DNA of 64,000 nucleotides from positions 14,074,001 to 14,138,000 of the forward strand of contig NC_043003.1 of assembly GCF_006345805.1 (NCBI RefSeq), given 5' to 3'. Positions 25,567-39,420 of the stretch are shown in pieces. This DNA comes from Octopus sinensis. Taxonomy: Eukaryota. Numbering within the stretch: the first letter of the stretch is position 1; each line of letters starts with the position of its first letter. Position numbers and translations under genes: made by a program. The notes below the pieces were generated by a model. It was given only the letters and a program-made list of their open reading frames with translations. It was not told the origin of the DNA and ran no database searches.

Positions 25567-27469
25567 CGTCATCATTATTATTATTATTATTATTATTATT
25601 AACAGCAATTGAATAGATAAATATATGGAATGAACATTATCAATAAGCATGGATCACAGATAGTAAAATGGCTTTAGGGAAGGAGAAACTTAGATTTAGA
25701 TGTTCAAAGACGGAGGATTCAGAAACAGATAAACAACAGTTCTTATTGGAGATACTTTATTTCAGTGCCCCAGGGAACTATAACAAGGAACATTCCAAAT
25801 AATTCTAGCTTTCTATTATAATTTTGTTAAGAATTCAAAGGAGGAAAAAAAAAAAAAAAAATAAATAAATGCATAAAATAAATAAATAGAATCCATCATC
25901 TTAAACATTTTTTAAAAAGATATTTGTTAAATATAGGCTGATACACACTGCCTAGTATTTTACATGCACGCTGCTAATTTGCTAAAAAGAAGAAGAAAAA
26001 AATAATATCATTGGCATTTGAAGCAATGAGAGATTTTGCTGGTGGGGGTGAGAAAGAGAAGGAAGGTCGGGGAATGTATTAGCTTGACTTAATAGGGAAC
26101 AGTGTGGAGTAGAAATGAGCTGAAGTTCACTTGAAGGGAAAACAGCAGACAATTCTCTGATATTCACCAAAAAATTTGTCAGCCATCGTCAACTCACGCA
26201 AACGCAAATGCGGAGAAGAGAGAAAAGAGGAAATATTTGTGCAGAAAAATGAATTCTGCTTTGTTAGAAGGAGACATACAAGGAAACATCTGTCCGTGTC
26301 CTCAGGCAGATTCCCTTCAGAAATAAAGTTCGGGGGGGAAAATCAAGTTAATTAATTAATTAATTAAAAGTGCTAGTGATTTTAAAAACAACAGCAAAAG
26401 ACACTACATTTTCTGTACATTATTCTGTTTGGCGTGTATTGCAAGTAAAAGAATATTTTATTAAATTATGTTCAATCTATATAAACTGAATATTTAACAG
26501 ATTAATAATTTATCATCTCATTTTGTTAATAACCAAAATTTTTTTTAAATCTCTTATTAGAACTATGCATCTTTTACATATCCAAACTTGAATTTTCTTC
26601 ACTTAAACTTTTAGCATTCAAACCAGTTATATCCAGCCCAAATATTCTTATTTCTTTATTGCCCACAAGGGGCTAAACATAGAGGGGACAAACAAGGACA
26701 GACAAAGAGATTAAGTCGATTATATTAACCACAGTGCATAACTGGTACTTAATTTATCGACCCCGAAAGGATGAAAGGCAAAGTCGACCTCAGCAGAATT
26801 TGAACTCAGAACATAACAGCAGACGAAATACCGCTAAGCATTTCGTCCAGCGTGCTAACATTTCTGCCAGCTCGCCCAAATATTCTGCCTGTTTTATGTT
26901 CAAACTGGCCAGGTCCTGACCAAATCTAACCTCTTACAATGTCAACATCTTACAAAGCCATTCTAAAAATAAACTAACAGATCATCAAACTCTCAAAGCT
27001 ATGAGATACTGCACAATTAATTCAAAACAGTTCTGAATAAATAAGGATTATCTTTGACAGAATAATCTGAACACTAAAGGGTTAATGTTCAAACTGGCCA
27101 GTCCAGCTCCTCACACCTGCCCTACAATGTCATTTTTAAAGTAAACAGCTTTGAATAAATAAGGATTATATTTGACAGAATAATCTGGAAACTAGAGTTA
27201 AACATTTTAGAATATATCTTTTACTCATTTCAGTTATTTGACTGTGGCCATGCTGGGGCAATGCCTTAAGGGATTTAGTTGAAGAAATCAAGCCCAGTAT
27301 TTATATTTTTTTTATACCAGATCCTTATTCATTTGGCCACTTTTGTCAAACTGCAAAAATAGGGGGATGTAAACTAACCAACACTGGTTGTCAGTCAGTG
27401 GGGGCTGGGCATAAACACATACAGCCACACACACACACACATATGTAAATACATAAAGTTCCATTTCTT

Positions 27470-27519
27470 TCAACAGACAGACATATAGGATAGAACAGAA
27501 TAGATAAACATAGACAGAC

Positions 27520-27550
<31 letters not shown>

Positions 27551-27990
27551 GACAGACAGATAGACAGACAGACATAGAGAGATAGACAGACAGACAGATA
27601 TAGAGAGAGAGACAGGCATAGACAGACAGACAGACATAGATAGATAGATAAACAGACAGATATAGATAGAGAGACAGGCATAGATAGATACATAGACAGA
27701 CAGACATAGATAGACAGACAGACAGATATAGATAGAGAGAGAGACAGGCATAGACAGACATAGATAGATAGATAGACAGACAGATATAGATAGAGAGACA
27801 GGCATAGATAGATACATAGACAGACAGACATAGATAGACAGACAGACAGATATAGATAGAGAGAGAGACAGGCATAGACAGACAGACAGACATAGATAGA
27901 TAGATAGACAGACAGATAGATAGAGATAGATAGATACATAGACAGACAGACAGACAGATAGTAGACAAACAGACTGACAGACAGATAATT
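27470..27990. repeat. Compound (GATA)/(GACA) microsatellite with higher-order ~60-bp units
   Basis: Recurring GATATAGATAGAGAGACAGGCATAG blocks. Confidence 0.95.
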
Positions 27991-28117
27991 ATGCTTGAGT
28001 AATTTGAAATATAACAAAACTCTCATTATTTTATGGTTTTATAAAAAGGTTCATCAGACAAGCTGGATGGCCAAAATATACAAAACCAATTAAGATTAAG
28101 TTTCTTATACTTTAAAT

Positions 28118-28756
28118 TTGTGATTCGCAACCGGGGACCTTATAAGATTTTGGGGGTTGCACTAGCAAAGTACTAAAACGAGGATCCAGAGTAGTTATTT
28201 TTAAGGGTCCATGAATAAATTTTGCTTTTAGATGTATTTATTACAAGAAACAACCAGGTTTGTTCCTCTAATATTTTACAAATTCAACAGGTTTCCGGCC
28301 ATTGAGACATGATCTCTTTGAGAGTTCTTTGCAAACCTACAGAAGTGAACGTGTGAAAAACATAATAGAAACTTTGAAACAAGTATCAATAAAACTTGTT
28401 GCTGAAGCATGGAACAAACTGCTGGTATCAGTTGTTAGTTGTCAGAGCACTGCATCCTTCAAAACTTCCATGCTTCCTGAGATTCGCCAACACTACACTT
28501 GATTTTCTCCCCTCCATACACACACAAGCATGTATCTGACTCATACATTGTTCGCTTTCCAGACATTTCTACATTACTGCATGTACTTTATATGCACTTT
28601 CTGACAAGTTGTGGTGCACCTGAGCACTCTATACAATAATTTCATTATTATCATTATTAAAACTAGCTTTTATACATCAAATGGCTATGGGTTTCCACCA
28701 GAATAAAATAGTAATCGAAAGAGTCCACTGGTAAAAAGAATGGTCGAGAACAACTG
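28118..28756. mobile_element. hAT-type MITE interrupted by a CR1 fragment
   Basis: Termini TTGTGATTCGCAACC and GGTCGAGAACAACTG approximate the CAGTGGTTCTCAACC-type TIR. Confidence 0.65.
28397..28657 (+). mobile_element. 5'-truncated CR1-clade LINE 3' end
   Basis: VAEAWNKLLVSVVSCQSTASFKTSMLPEIRQHYT* fits the CR1 C-terminal WN.LP..VV...S..SFK motif; 3' UTR ends in (ATT)n; TAAAACT duplicated at 28390 and 28658. Confidence 0.85.
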
Positions 28757-28936
28757 CTTTAAATTTCCTGTAATGAGTCAAACACAGTTACATGGAAATG
28801 GTGTTTTGAAACTGTAACCCATAGGTTCTCAAAGTGGGCACTACTGCCCCACCCCCGGTGGGAGGACAGGGGTTAGAGAAAAAGGAAGCATTGGAAGCAG
28901 GCAGTGGATTGGGGGATGCTATGAATTTATATTATT

Positions 28937-29665
28937 AAAGAATAAAAAGTTTGGAATGGTACAACAATGTACTATGATACAGACAATGGGCTATATTCTC
29001 TTTTACTCTTTTACTTGTTTCAGTCATTTGACTGTGGCCATGCTGGAGCACCGCTTTTAGTCGAGCAAATCGACCCCGGGACTTATTCTTTGTAAGCCCA
29101 GTACTTATTCTATCGCTCTCTTTTGCCGAACCGCTAAGTGACGGGGACGTAAACACACCAGCATCGGTTGTCAAGCAATGCTAGGGGGACAAACACAGAC
29201 ACACAAACACACACACGCATATATATATATATATATATATACATATATACGACAGGCTTCTTTCAGTTTCCGTCTACCAAATCCACTCACAAGGCATTGG
29301 TCGGGCCGGGGCTATAGCAGAAGACACTTGCCCAAGATGCCACGCAGTGGGACTGAACCCGGAACCATGTGGTTGGTTAGCAAGCTACTTACCACACAGC
29401 CACTCCTGCGCCTATATACCTGTTGTAATTTAGTCATCCATAGTCTGATATGATATTTCGGAATAATATTCCTTCTTCAGATAGTCTTAGATGGAGTTGC
29501 CATTAGAAAACCGATTATAGCAGCGACTCCATCTAAGACTATCTGAAGAAGGAATATTATTCCAAAATATCATATCAGACTATGGCTGACTAAATTACAA
29601 CAGGTATATAGTCCATTGTCTGTATTATAGTACACTGTTGTACCATTCCAAACTTTTTATTCTTT
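28937..29665. repeat. ~150-bp-arm inverted repeat with a hammerhead motif in each arm; left arm split by a family A SINE (28998-29412, minus)
   Basis: 29412-29501 pairs with 29522-29611 and 28937-28995 pairs with 29607-29665; CTATA duplicated around the SINE. Confidence 0.92.
29449..29483 (-). ncRNA. Minimal type-I hammerhead ribozyme motif
   Basis: TAT-CTGAAGA-A-GGAAT-ATT-ATTCC-GAA-ATAT-C-ATA: intact core, perfect stem II, AUC triplet, only 3-bp stem I. Confidence 0.65.
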
Positions 29666-29750
29666 ACAAACTATACACAATGCTTCAAGCGAACTACAAC
29701 ACTCTCTTATAATATTATTATAGTATTGTATACAAATTATATATTATATT

Positions 29751-30065
29751 GTGGAGGTGCAATGGCCCAGTAGTTAGGGCAGCAGATTCGTGGCCATGGG
29801 ATCATGGTTTCAATTCCCAGACCAAGTGTTGTGAGTGTTTATTAAACAAAAACACCTAAAGCTCCACGAGGCTCTGGCAGGAGTTGGGACGAACCCTGCT
29901 GTATTCTTTCACCACAACTTTCTCTCACTCTTTCTTCCTGTTTCTGTTGTACCTGTATTTCAAAGGGCCAACCTTGTCACCCTGCAGTATTCTTTCACCA
30001 CAACTTTCTCTCACTCTTTCTTCCTGTTTCTGGTGTACCTGTATTTCAAAGGGCCAACCTTGTCA
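29751..30065 (+). mobile_element. Family B SINE, 3'-truncated, with ~90-bp internal tandem duplication
   Basis: GTATTCTTTCACCACAACTTTCTCTC...CCAACCTTGTCACC occurs twice. Confidence 0.9.
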
Positions 30066-32847
30066 CCCATTGAATGAAACCATTCAAATGGGAAATAGTA
30101 ACAGAAAAAAACATTTGTAGAATTGTTAGAGCACTGGAAAAAATATCCCACAGTTTTAATTCAGTCAAGATCAATCAACTTAGATTTTCATCCATCCTGG
30201 GTCAATAAAAAAAAAAATCAATTAAGCAACTTTTTTGATACTAACCTTCTTGGGACCACACCCCCAGTCCTATGAAATAAACTTCCCTTTAGCACTCAGA
30301 TTTCTCTGTCATAAGTCATACTTATTAATTTTCATTGTTTTAAATCAATTATGTATTATCTTATAGCTCTGACATTTCAATGATGTGATTGTTTATTTAT
30401 AGAATGACATTGTAGAGTAGGTGTGAGAAACAGGATCTGGCCAGTTTGAGCATAAAACAGGTAAAATATTTGGGTCTCATATGGCTGGTTTAAATGCTGA
30501 AGGATTAAAGTAATTTTAAAATAAACCCTTCCAATGAAATTTCATGTTAATTTATGCCCCAATCACCAGCTAAATAAGGGCAAAAGTTATTTTACTAAAA
30601 TTTTCATTATTTTCAAAATCATTTGAAACTAAGTCAGTGTATTTAAACAGGAATATAATAAGAAAACGGTTGATCAACTAATCTTCCCTCTCTCACAAAA
30701 TTTACTGGCCTCATGCCAAAATCAGAAACAATTATACCAAGCCAACAGCAATGAACAGAATCTTCTCCTGCAAGCTAATCTACAGTAACCAGGTGGCCCA
30801 GGCTATTGAAAGGAATGCCTTTGCTGGAGGCTTAAGATAGATACTGGTGGTGCTTTACATTCTTGGGCTGGTAAGCAGCACACACTTCATCCGTTGCATT
30901 ATTATTGCTACTATATAAATAAAAATATGAATTACATGCTCTTTGAGATACAACAGCGAAATAAACATAATTGAGTGGAGGAGGGGGGTGGGGAGGCATG
31001 GGGAAATCACACCCCAATCAGCATATTGATTTTTATCAATGATTCTTCGTGATTTTTATCGAACCAATACTTACCCTCCTCCATCTGCGATATGGCTGAA
31101 GACGAGAACTTTTCCTCGTATCTTGTACACATCGTAAAGATTTTTCCCAACAATGCAGAAAAATGATGGTTATCTCGGAATATTTTTCTAACATTTAATA
31201 TCACAGAGTGCAATTATTTTAACATACAAACTGATGCAATAATAGTATAGTTTTGTCAGAAATGTGTTATTATTTTTTTTCTTCTTTTCCCCTCATGCAT
31301 CGGTATCGGTGATAAGAATGAAACACATTGTGTTCATCTGATAGCAAAGCAATCTGCTTAGTTGAAATCTATTTTTCCTTGACGACAACAATGTTATCAG
31401 TCGGCCTGGGTATCGATGCTATCCAGCTAAACTGCTATAAAGGAGATTTTAACAGCAAAATGTTAGCCCATTTATTTACATTCCCCCGACATCAAAAAGA
31501 TTACGCAAAATAGTAAGAAAATTGCTTTATTGTTTCGAAACAAGATTTTCAAGCAGAATATGTGTGTGTGTGCATCAATATATTTCACATACATTATTAC
31601 CACTGCAAAGCAATTAATTTACAATAGAAAATGTGATTTGTTTTTGAAAACACAAACAAAAAAGAAAATACAATTATTATAATGAAAATGAAATAAATGC
31701 GAATAAAGCAAAGAAAATATAATTAGTTACTTATATATGTATGTGATTTATCAAGCATAATTTCTTTGAAAGAGAATATTTTCCATTTAAGAAAATTTTA
31801 CATAATGTGTGTTAATATGAAATGTTTCTATATTAATATAAAATATTTCTTTGAGAAAATATGGCTTCAAATATAATTATTGTCTTCTAATTACCAGTCA
31901 GCAGAAATAGTAGTGCCAAATTAAATGGGTTTTGTTTCATTTCTATTTAGTTTCAAATTCAAAGCTTTCAAGAGTTAAGGAGTTCATTTCTGCCTTTTGT
32001 CCCTCTAAGTCGAACAAGAATAACAACTCTATCAACAATAGTTTGTCTCCAAAAGTTGGCTTGGTGCCAACACGATTCTTCTGTTTACAACTTAGCATGG
32101 TATCTGGCCAAACAGGAGCAAACCACAGAATCAACTAAATATATCTGAATACTAAAGACACCGATGGCTTTGTGGTTAAGAAGCTTGCTTCCCAATCACA
32201 TGGTTTCAGGTTCAGTCCCACTGCACGGCACCTTGAGCAAATGTCTTCTACTATACCCTAAAGGTTGATCAATGCCTTGTGAGCAACTCCGGTAGATGGA
32301 AACCCATCATTTATGTGTGTGTGTGTGTGTGTGTGTGTGTCTTTGTATCTATGTGTCCCCACCTGCCTACCGCTCGGCAACCAGTGTGGGTTTGTTTATA
32401 TCTCCATAACTTAGCATTTCAGCAAAAGATACTGATGGAATAAGTACCAAACTAATTACTGTGTCAGCTCGTTCAACTAGAGCCTTTAAAGCAGTGCTCC
32501 AGTAATTACTGTATTTCAAAGGGCCAGCCTTGTCACACATTGTGTCACGCTGAATCTCTCCAAGAACTACGTTAAGGGTACACGTGTCTGTGGAGTGCTC
32601 TAATTTATAAAATTATAAGACAAAAGAGAGACCTATCAAATAGCCAGAAACCCTTTAAAAACATTTAACCTATCGTTAACTGTAGCATGTACAGACATAC
32701 AGCTTAGGGGCCAAACACAGTTGCACCAATGATCATAAGGTCGAGGGATTGATTCCTGTATCTGCACTGTGTCTTTCAGCAAGGCACTTCATTTCACAAT
32801 GTTCCAGCCCACTGAGCTGAAAATAAGTGCTAACTGACTTTTGATGC

Positions 32848-32886
<39 letters not shown>

Positions 32887-35666
32887 CGTCCAGTTGTCTT
32901 GTTGACAATGTTCTACCAGGTAAAGGATGAAAAGACCAAGAGGAAGTCCAAGTTTGTTCAAGATGACACAGGAACCTACGACAAGCAGCGACAGCATGGT
33001 ACAAACTACTACAAGGTCATACACATTTGTGAATTATGTGCCGTATGTAAAAAGGACCATTTGAGCATGGTCGTTGCCAGTGCCGCCTGACTGGCCCCAG
33101 TGCTGGTGGCACGTAAAAAGCACCCACTACACTCTCGGAGTGGTTGGTATTTGGAAGGGCATCCAGCTGCAGGAATCCTGACAGTAGGGCTTGGTACAGT
33201 CTTCTGACTTGCTAGTCCCTGTGAAACCATCATAGCCACACCAGCATCGAAAACGGACGTCAAATGATGATGATGATGATGATTTACAAAAGGTCCATTT
33301 TTTTTCCCGAAATTAAGACACTTTCTGAAGTTGTTTTATATTTCTTTACTACCCACAAGGGGCTAAACACAGAGGGGACAAACAAAGACAGACAAACGGA
33401 TTAAGTCGATTACATCAACACAAGTGCGTAACTGGTACTTAATTTATCGACCCCAAAAGTATGAAAGGCAAAGTCGACCTTGGCGGAATTTGAACTCAGA
33501 ACGTAACGGCAGACGAGATACGGCTACGCATTTCGCCCGGCGTGCTAACGTTTCTGCCAGCTCGCCGCCTTAAGTTGTTTTATATTTAACAAAGTATAGC
33601 TCCAGATTAAACCACATTTACTTATTGATGCTCAAAGTTAAATACCAAAAACGTTTTATAGGATTGTTTACAAGAGGTGGAAGCAACTAAGAAAAATCAA
33701 AGAGAAACATGAAAATTTCAAGAAAAAGGCTTATGTAGGATATATTGCTTCTAACTCCTATGGAATTATGCCACCAAATAGAAAAAGTTAATGGCCTCTT
33801 TTAAAACAGAAGATTATTTTCCAAACAAGTCAATCACAAAATTTCAAAAATCTCTCCACGCTTCGTCATCATCTGCAATTATTTACAGCACATACTAAGA
33901 TGGTGTAACATTTATATTTAGAAACATTCATTTCATTTTATTTTTATTTATATATTTTTATTTTTTTGAAAGTCCACTCTTCTATGCTGGCATGGGTCAG
34001 ACAACGGAAATTGTTGAGGCAGACTGTCTATGGTGGGATGCCCTTCCTGTCACCAACCCTCACCTGTCTTCAAGCAAGGTGATATTTCCTAATGGCCAGA
34101 TATTTTTTTCACAGAAAACTTTAAACAAATAACATACTTGTTTACAACCATCATGTGGCTTCAAGACATCAGTACACACACACACACACACACACACACA
34201 AATATATGTATATCATATACACAATGGGCTTCTACATAGTTTTCCCATTTTCCAAATCCTCCCACACAGTTTTGGTTGGGTCAGGGCTATAGCAGAAGAC
34301 ATTTGCCCAAGGTATCACACACTGAGACTGAACCTGGAACCACATGGTTGGGAAGCAAGCTTCTTAACAGCATAGCCACACCTGAGCCATGTCATAATTT
34401 GCGAGTTGCAGGTAACCACAGAAAAAGAAAATATGTGGTAGATATTTTGGTAAACAAATGAATAACCCTTTCTATTATAGGCAAAAGGCCTGAAATTTGG
34501 GAGTAGGGGCTAGTCAATTACATAGACCCCAGTGTTCAACTGGTACTTATTTCATCAACCCTGTAAGGATGAAAGGCAAAGACGACCTCAGTGGAATTTG
34601 AACTCAGAATATGCCACAAAGCGTTTCCCCCAGTGTGCTAATAATTCTTCCAGCTTGCCTGATAGCAGTTAAGTGCCAATGTGTGAAATAATTTATGAAT
34701 ATATGTGTAATAATTTAGATGTGATTTAGTTAACAATGCTTATTAAATAACTAACCACAAATATAGTCTACTCAATAGTCCAAATGATACTAGGAACAAA
34801 CCAACTTTATTTTCGACTTCTTGGTAGTGATTGGCCATCAAATTATACAATCCACACAGCTGTGCAACACTGAAATTTTCTAGTTGAATGTAAAACATTC
34901 ATATGGTTGGTCTAATTAACTATATTTAAATAATAAATGCAGAACAAATCCTTCATATTACTCACGCATTAACTTAATGCACTATTAATTGTAACCACTA
35001 GTGAAAATTAATAAAATTAATTCGCAACTCATACAAACTGATTTAAATAGTAGGCTTTAGTGAGATCAAGAGAATTCTAACATGTGCTAAGTTAGTCAGA
35101 GACCACTAACATAATATCTATTAGTAATAAGGAGGGTTATCAGTGATTTAATATTAACGAGGAGCAATAAAAATGAGACACAAGGGGTGGGAAACTTGTC
35201 TAATCATTGCAAAGTTTACTGAGAAGCCTGGGAATTTTTTAGGGTAAAAGAAATGGGATGTGATGTTTTTTACATTTCGAATATAGACATGACTGAGGCG
35301 ACACAACATCGACCAGGAAGTAAGAACGGGCAATAAAAACAACTTGGGGTATATTTGATGATTAACAGTAGCGGCAAGAGTAGGGAACCTTTGTGTACAC
35401 CCTTCAAGTACTTGAAAAAAACAGTGGGAGTAGAAATAACAAGAGCAACTTTCTGGACATATGCTACATCCATTATGATGTGTGTTTGTGTGTGGGGAGA
35501 GAGAGAGAGAGAGAGAGAGGGAGGGATGGAGAGGCAGAGAGAGAGCCAGAGAATATTGTACATTAACTAAACCCATATCAATTCCATGTGTACGAACCAA
35601 AGGAAATAATAAGAAATAACAAGAAAGCTAGCCAGAAATTTAGAGACTTAATCCTCATCATCATTA

Positions 35667-35881
35667 TTAACCCTTTTGATACCAACCTGGCTGAAACCAG
35701 CTCTGGCTCTGTAGTACAAATGTCTTGTTTGCATAAGTTTTGAATTAAAATCTTCCACCAAACCTTAGTCACAATTTATGTTCCGAACACCAGCTTAATG
35801 ATAGCTAAGTTATTTTACTAAATTCTTTGTTATATTTAAAATTAATTGAAAGAAACAGAAATACAGTAACGAAAGGGTTAA
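35667..35881. mobile_element. piggyBac-type MITE, second family (TTAA-CCCTTT...GAAAGGG-TTAA)
   Basis: TTAA flanks, inverted termini, same internal sequence as 48857-49309. Confidence 0.85.
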
Positions 35882-37180
35882 GGTGGCAAACTAGCAAAAT
35901 CATAACTGTTCCAGGCAAAATGCTTAGCAGTATTTTGCCTGTCTTCACATTCTGAGTTCAAATTCTGCTGAGGTCAACCTGGCTAGATCCAACCTCTCAC
36001 ACCTATCCTATATTGTCATTTTTAAAATGAACAATTTCATCACTGATCTCCTGAAGTTATAAAATAATGCAAGATTAGTTCAAAGGAATGAGAATAAATA
36101 AACACTAGCTTTGACAAAATAATCTTAATGCTAAGCAGTTAAATTTGCATCACCCCAGTATCATACATATATATATATTCATTTATGTGTGAATGTGTAT
36201 ATATTTCTACATATAGAGGTTGTCCATAAAATCTCATTACAATATGGAGTTTAAAAGTATGAAACTTGTAAGGGTAATTTATGAACATCCTGTATATAGG
36301 AAAGTTAGGTGTATACAAGGCAGGTGGAAAAATTCACATCTGATTTTTAAAAATCTATTAAAATTTAATACCTTTTCATGACTTTTGACCCACCCTGTAT
36401 CAAGAAACGTAAGCACATCTTATTTTGTAATCAGACATCATTCTCTCTCTCACACCTCTCCTTTTATCATCCTTGTTCTATCCAAGCTGCTCCCTCTCAG
36501 TGACCCCCACATGAATGATTTCTTCGCCAACCTTTGCTTCCCAGAATGTGACCCCGCCCCCATCTGAAATTCCTTCAACAGTCATGTTTTTCCTACAAAT
36601 GTTGACGTTAGAATTTTTGAAGAAGAAAAACACTAGCCTTGCTACTAGATTAAGGAGTCCTGCAAAGGCCGTGAGCCCTAAACCCGCTCCCAGACCCAGC
36701 AAGAAATATACACATGCATGCATACATGCACTTATTAATACCTTATCGTTCATCACTGAATAACCGATGAAATTTGAACTTTTTCTTTTATCAAGAAAGA
36801 CCCAAAGAATACAAGAAAATACCAAAGAAACAAAGCCAAAAATATTTTGAAAAAAAAAAACAGACCCAAAATTTCTGAAGTTTATTAAAGTTTTAAAAGG
36901 GAAAGAAAAAAAAGATATTTATTAATATTAGTGTTTAAGATTAAATGGTGTCTATGATGAAATTTAATATCTTGAATTTAGTCTCTCATTGAACAATCCA
37001 AATATTTAATATACATAAATACAAACATGTGCACACACACTATGAGTGTGTGTGTAGAGCATATACATACACATATATGCATATATAAATACATATATAT
37101 GTGTATATACAGACATGTATATATCGATATATATATATAGACATATATCTATATCTATATATATATATAGAGAGAGACAT

Positions 37181-37211
<31 letters not shown>

Positions 37212-37224
37212 TATATAGAGACAT

Positions 37225-37255
<31 letters not shown>

Positions 37256-37268
37256 TATATAGAGACAT

Positions 37269-37321
<53 letters not shown>

Positions 37322-37569
37322 AATATATATCTACATATATATAAATACAAATATGTGTCTGTAGATATATATATATCACACACACACACACCCTTATACA
37401 TACTAATACATACACCAACCCTATACATACACACATCCAGACCCCTCCCACGCACTTTTAGCTGGTCCCTCAACCCGTTTATCAACCCTATTATCTCCCC
37501 TTATTTCGCTCTCGCATCTCATGTTTGATCTTTGACCTCTGGCCGAAATCAGATCGCCATGTTGATTCG

Positions 37570-37770
37570 TTAGCTACTGCACGCATTTTTTTTCTCTCCT
37601 TCTTTCTGTGTTTTTCTCTCTCTGTGTATCTTTCTGTTGAAGAGCGTAGGCTCGAAACGTTAAAGACTTGTTTTATTTATATTTCCTGAGCGCCATACTA
37701 ATACAATTGTTCGTTTGTTTTCCACCTGCCTTCGTCTTTTGTTTATTTTCATAAAGCTTCCCGTTATATA
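37570..37770 (+). mobile_element. Penelope pLTR-like short repeat; same family at 53570-53710 and 56090-56290 (minus)
   Basis: Shared GAAGAGCGTAGGCTCGAAACGT and CCTGAGCG..ATACTAATAC blocks; TA-microsatellite flanks. Confidence 0.7.
37629..37666 (+). ncRNA. Minimal hammerhead motif, A6U core variant
   Basis: TCTTT-CTGTTGA-A-GAGC-GTAG-GCTC-GAA-ACGT-T-AAAGA. Confidence 0.6.
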
Positions 37771-37822
37771 TATATGTATATACACACATATAGATAGATA
37801 CATAAACATATATATACATATA

Positions 37823-37879
<57 letters not shown>

Positions 37880-37980
37880 GTGCATATTGTAAATCAAGAT
37901 AAAGAACAACAAACATAAAAAAACAACACAAGGACATGGTACATGTAAAGTATTAGCAGATGCTCAGGGAAGGAACGATG

Positions 37981-38015
37981 GTTTAACGTTTCAAGCAAAG
38001 CTCTTCTTCAGAAAC
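37981..38015 (-). ncRNA. Minimal type-I hammerhead ribozyme motif with intact core
   Basis: GTTT-CTGAAGA-A-GAGC-TTT-GCTT-GAA-ACGT-T-AAAC. Confidence 0.7.
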
Positions 38016-38330
38016 AGAGGAAAGTCCAATAGAAATGAAGACGGAGGAAGAAAATCACCAACGATTCACATGTGGTTACATTTTGAAATGACACACACAT
38101 ATGTATATATATATATAATCTCCTGGTGCTGTATGAACATTTAATGTGGTTTTAGAGTCAAGTTTTGGCTGTTATTTCCAGCGAGGTGGTATCTCGCAGA
38201 TACCCTAAATTATAATTTTAATAATAATTATTACCTTTGAAGGGTTTTATTCCCATGCTGGCCACCTGATAAGATCGGTATTAAACAAAGATCTTATTCT
38301 TATTTATATAAATAAATATATATATATATA

Positions 38331-38715
38331 GGAGTGGCTGTGTGGTAAGTAGCTTGCTAACCAACCACATGGTTCCGGGTTCAGTCCCACTGCGTGGCAT
38401 CTTGGGCAAGTGTCTTCTGCTACAGCCCCGGGCCGACCAATGCCTTGTGAGTGGATTTGATAGACGGAAACTGAAAGAAGCCTGTCGTATATATGTATAT
38501 ATATGTGTGTGTGTTTGTGTGTCTGTGTTTGTCCCCCTAGCATTGCTTGACAACCGATGCTGGTGTGTTTACGTCCCCGTCACTTAGCGGTTCGGCAAAA
38601 GAGACCGATAGAATAAGTACTGGGCTTACAAAGAATAAGTACCGGGGTCGATTGGATTGACTAAAGGCGGTGCTCCAGCATGGCCGTAGTCAAATGACTG
38701 AAACAAGTAAAAGAA
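38331..38715 (+). mobile_element. Full-length family A SINE (reference copy)
   Basis: tRNA-like head with GGTTCAGTCC B-box, CCTTGGGCAAGTGTCTT central motif, internal TA/GT microsatellite, CAAGTAAAAGA tail; more than 25 copies or fragments in the window. Confidence 0.95.
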
Positions 38716-38746
38716 AAAAAAGAGAGAGAGAGAGAGAGAGAGTAAA

Positions 38747-38777
<31 letters not shown>

Positions 38778-39236
38778 TACACACGTGTCTATATGTGTAC
38801 AGAAATTTGTTTGCAGGGGTGTGCTTGTGTGCACGCATGTGTGTGTAATCCATAAACGCTATGGAAGTCAACGAAACCCCTAATTCTCTTTGGAAATAAA
38901 ACAGCGGCTTCCAAAAGAAAGGCTATTGAATATATTACTAATAGAATAAAGCCAAAACATTTTCCTTCTGAGCTGTAATGTTTCAAACACATCGAAACAT
39001 TTACTCCTCAAAGCACTTTCCCATAAGCAACATTCTGACGAAAGACACTTTCAAACCAAACGTGTCACATCATTTTTCAGGTTTTATAGTTTATTTCTGA
39101 ATGTGAGAAATTAATCTTCCTTCATAGAGAGGTAAAATTATCATAGTAAGAAAGCAAATACACACATCGATTACACATACACACATGTAAATGTATATAT
39201 GTATATATATATATAATCATACATATATATACACCC

Positions 39237-39300
<64 letters not shown>

Positions 39301-39389
39301 TATATATACATATATATATATGTATATATACAAACACACACATATATGCATACATATATATATACACATACAAAAGCACAAACACATTC

Positions 39390-39420
<31 letters not shown>

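Noticed and set aside
24628-27968. Long Y/I/C/V or S/L/Y-rich ORFs
   Set aside because: Microsatellite translations
28291-28382. Apparent exon GFRPLRHDLFESSLQTYRSERVKNIIETLKQ
   Set aside because: Lies inside the hAT-type MITE just before the CR1 insertion site; donor is weak
31932-32138. Open frames on both strands after a strong plus-strand acceptor
   Set aside because: Two frames are equally open, the donor is weak and no homology is recognised
32899-33090. ORF MFYQVKDEKTKRKSK...
   Set aside because: A shifted frame gives KRPRGSPSLFK, like the RTE RPRGRP motif, so it is more likely a decayed LINE; the 3' part runs into a SINE
35154-35600. 148-aa minus-strand ORF
   Set aside because: Starts across a GA microsatellite, no recognisable domain, no convincing splice sites
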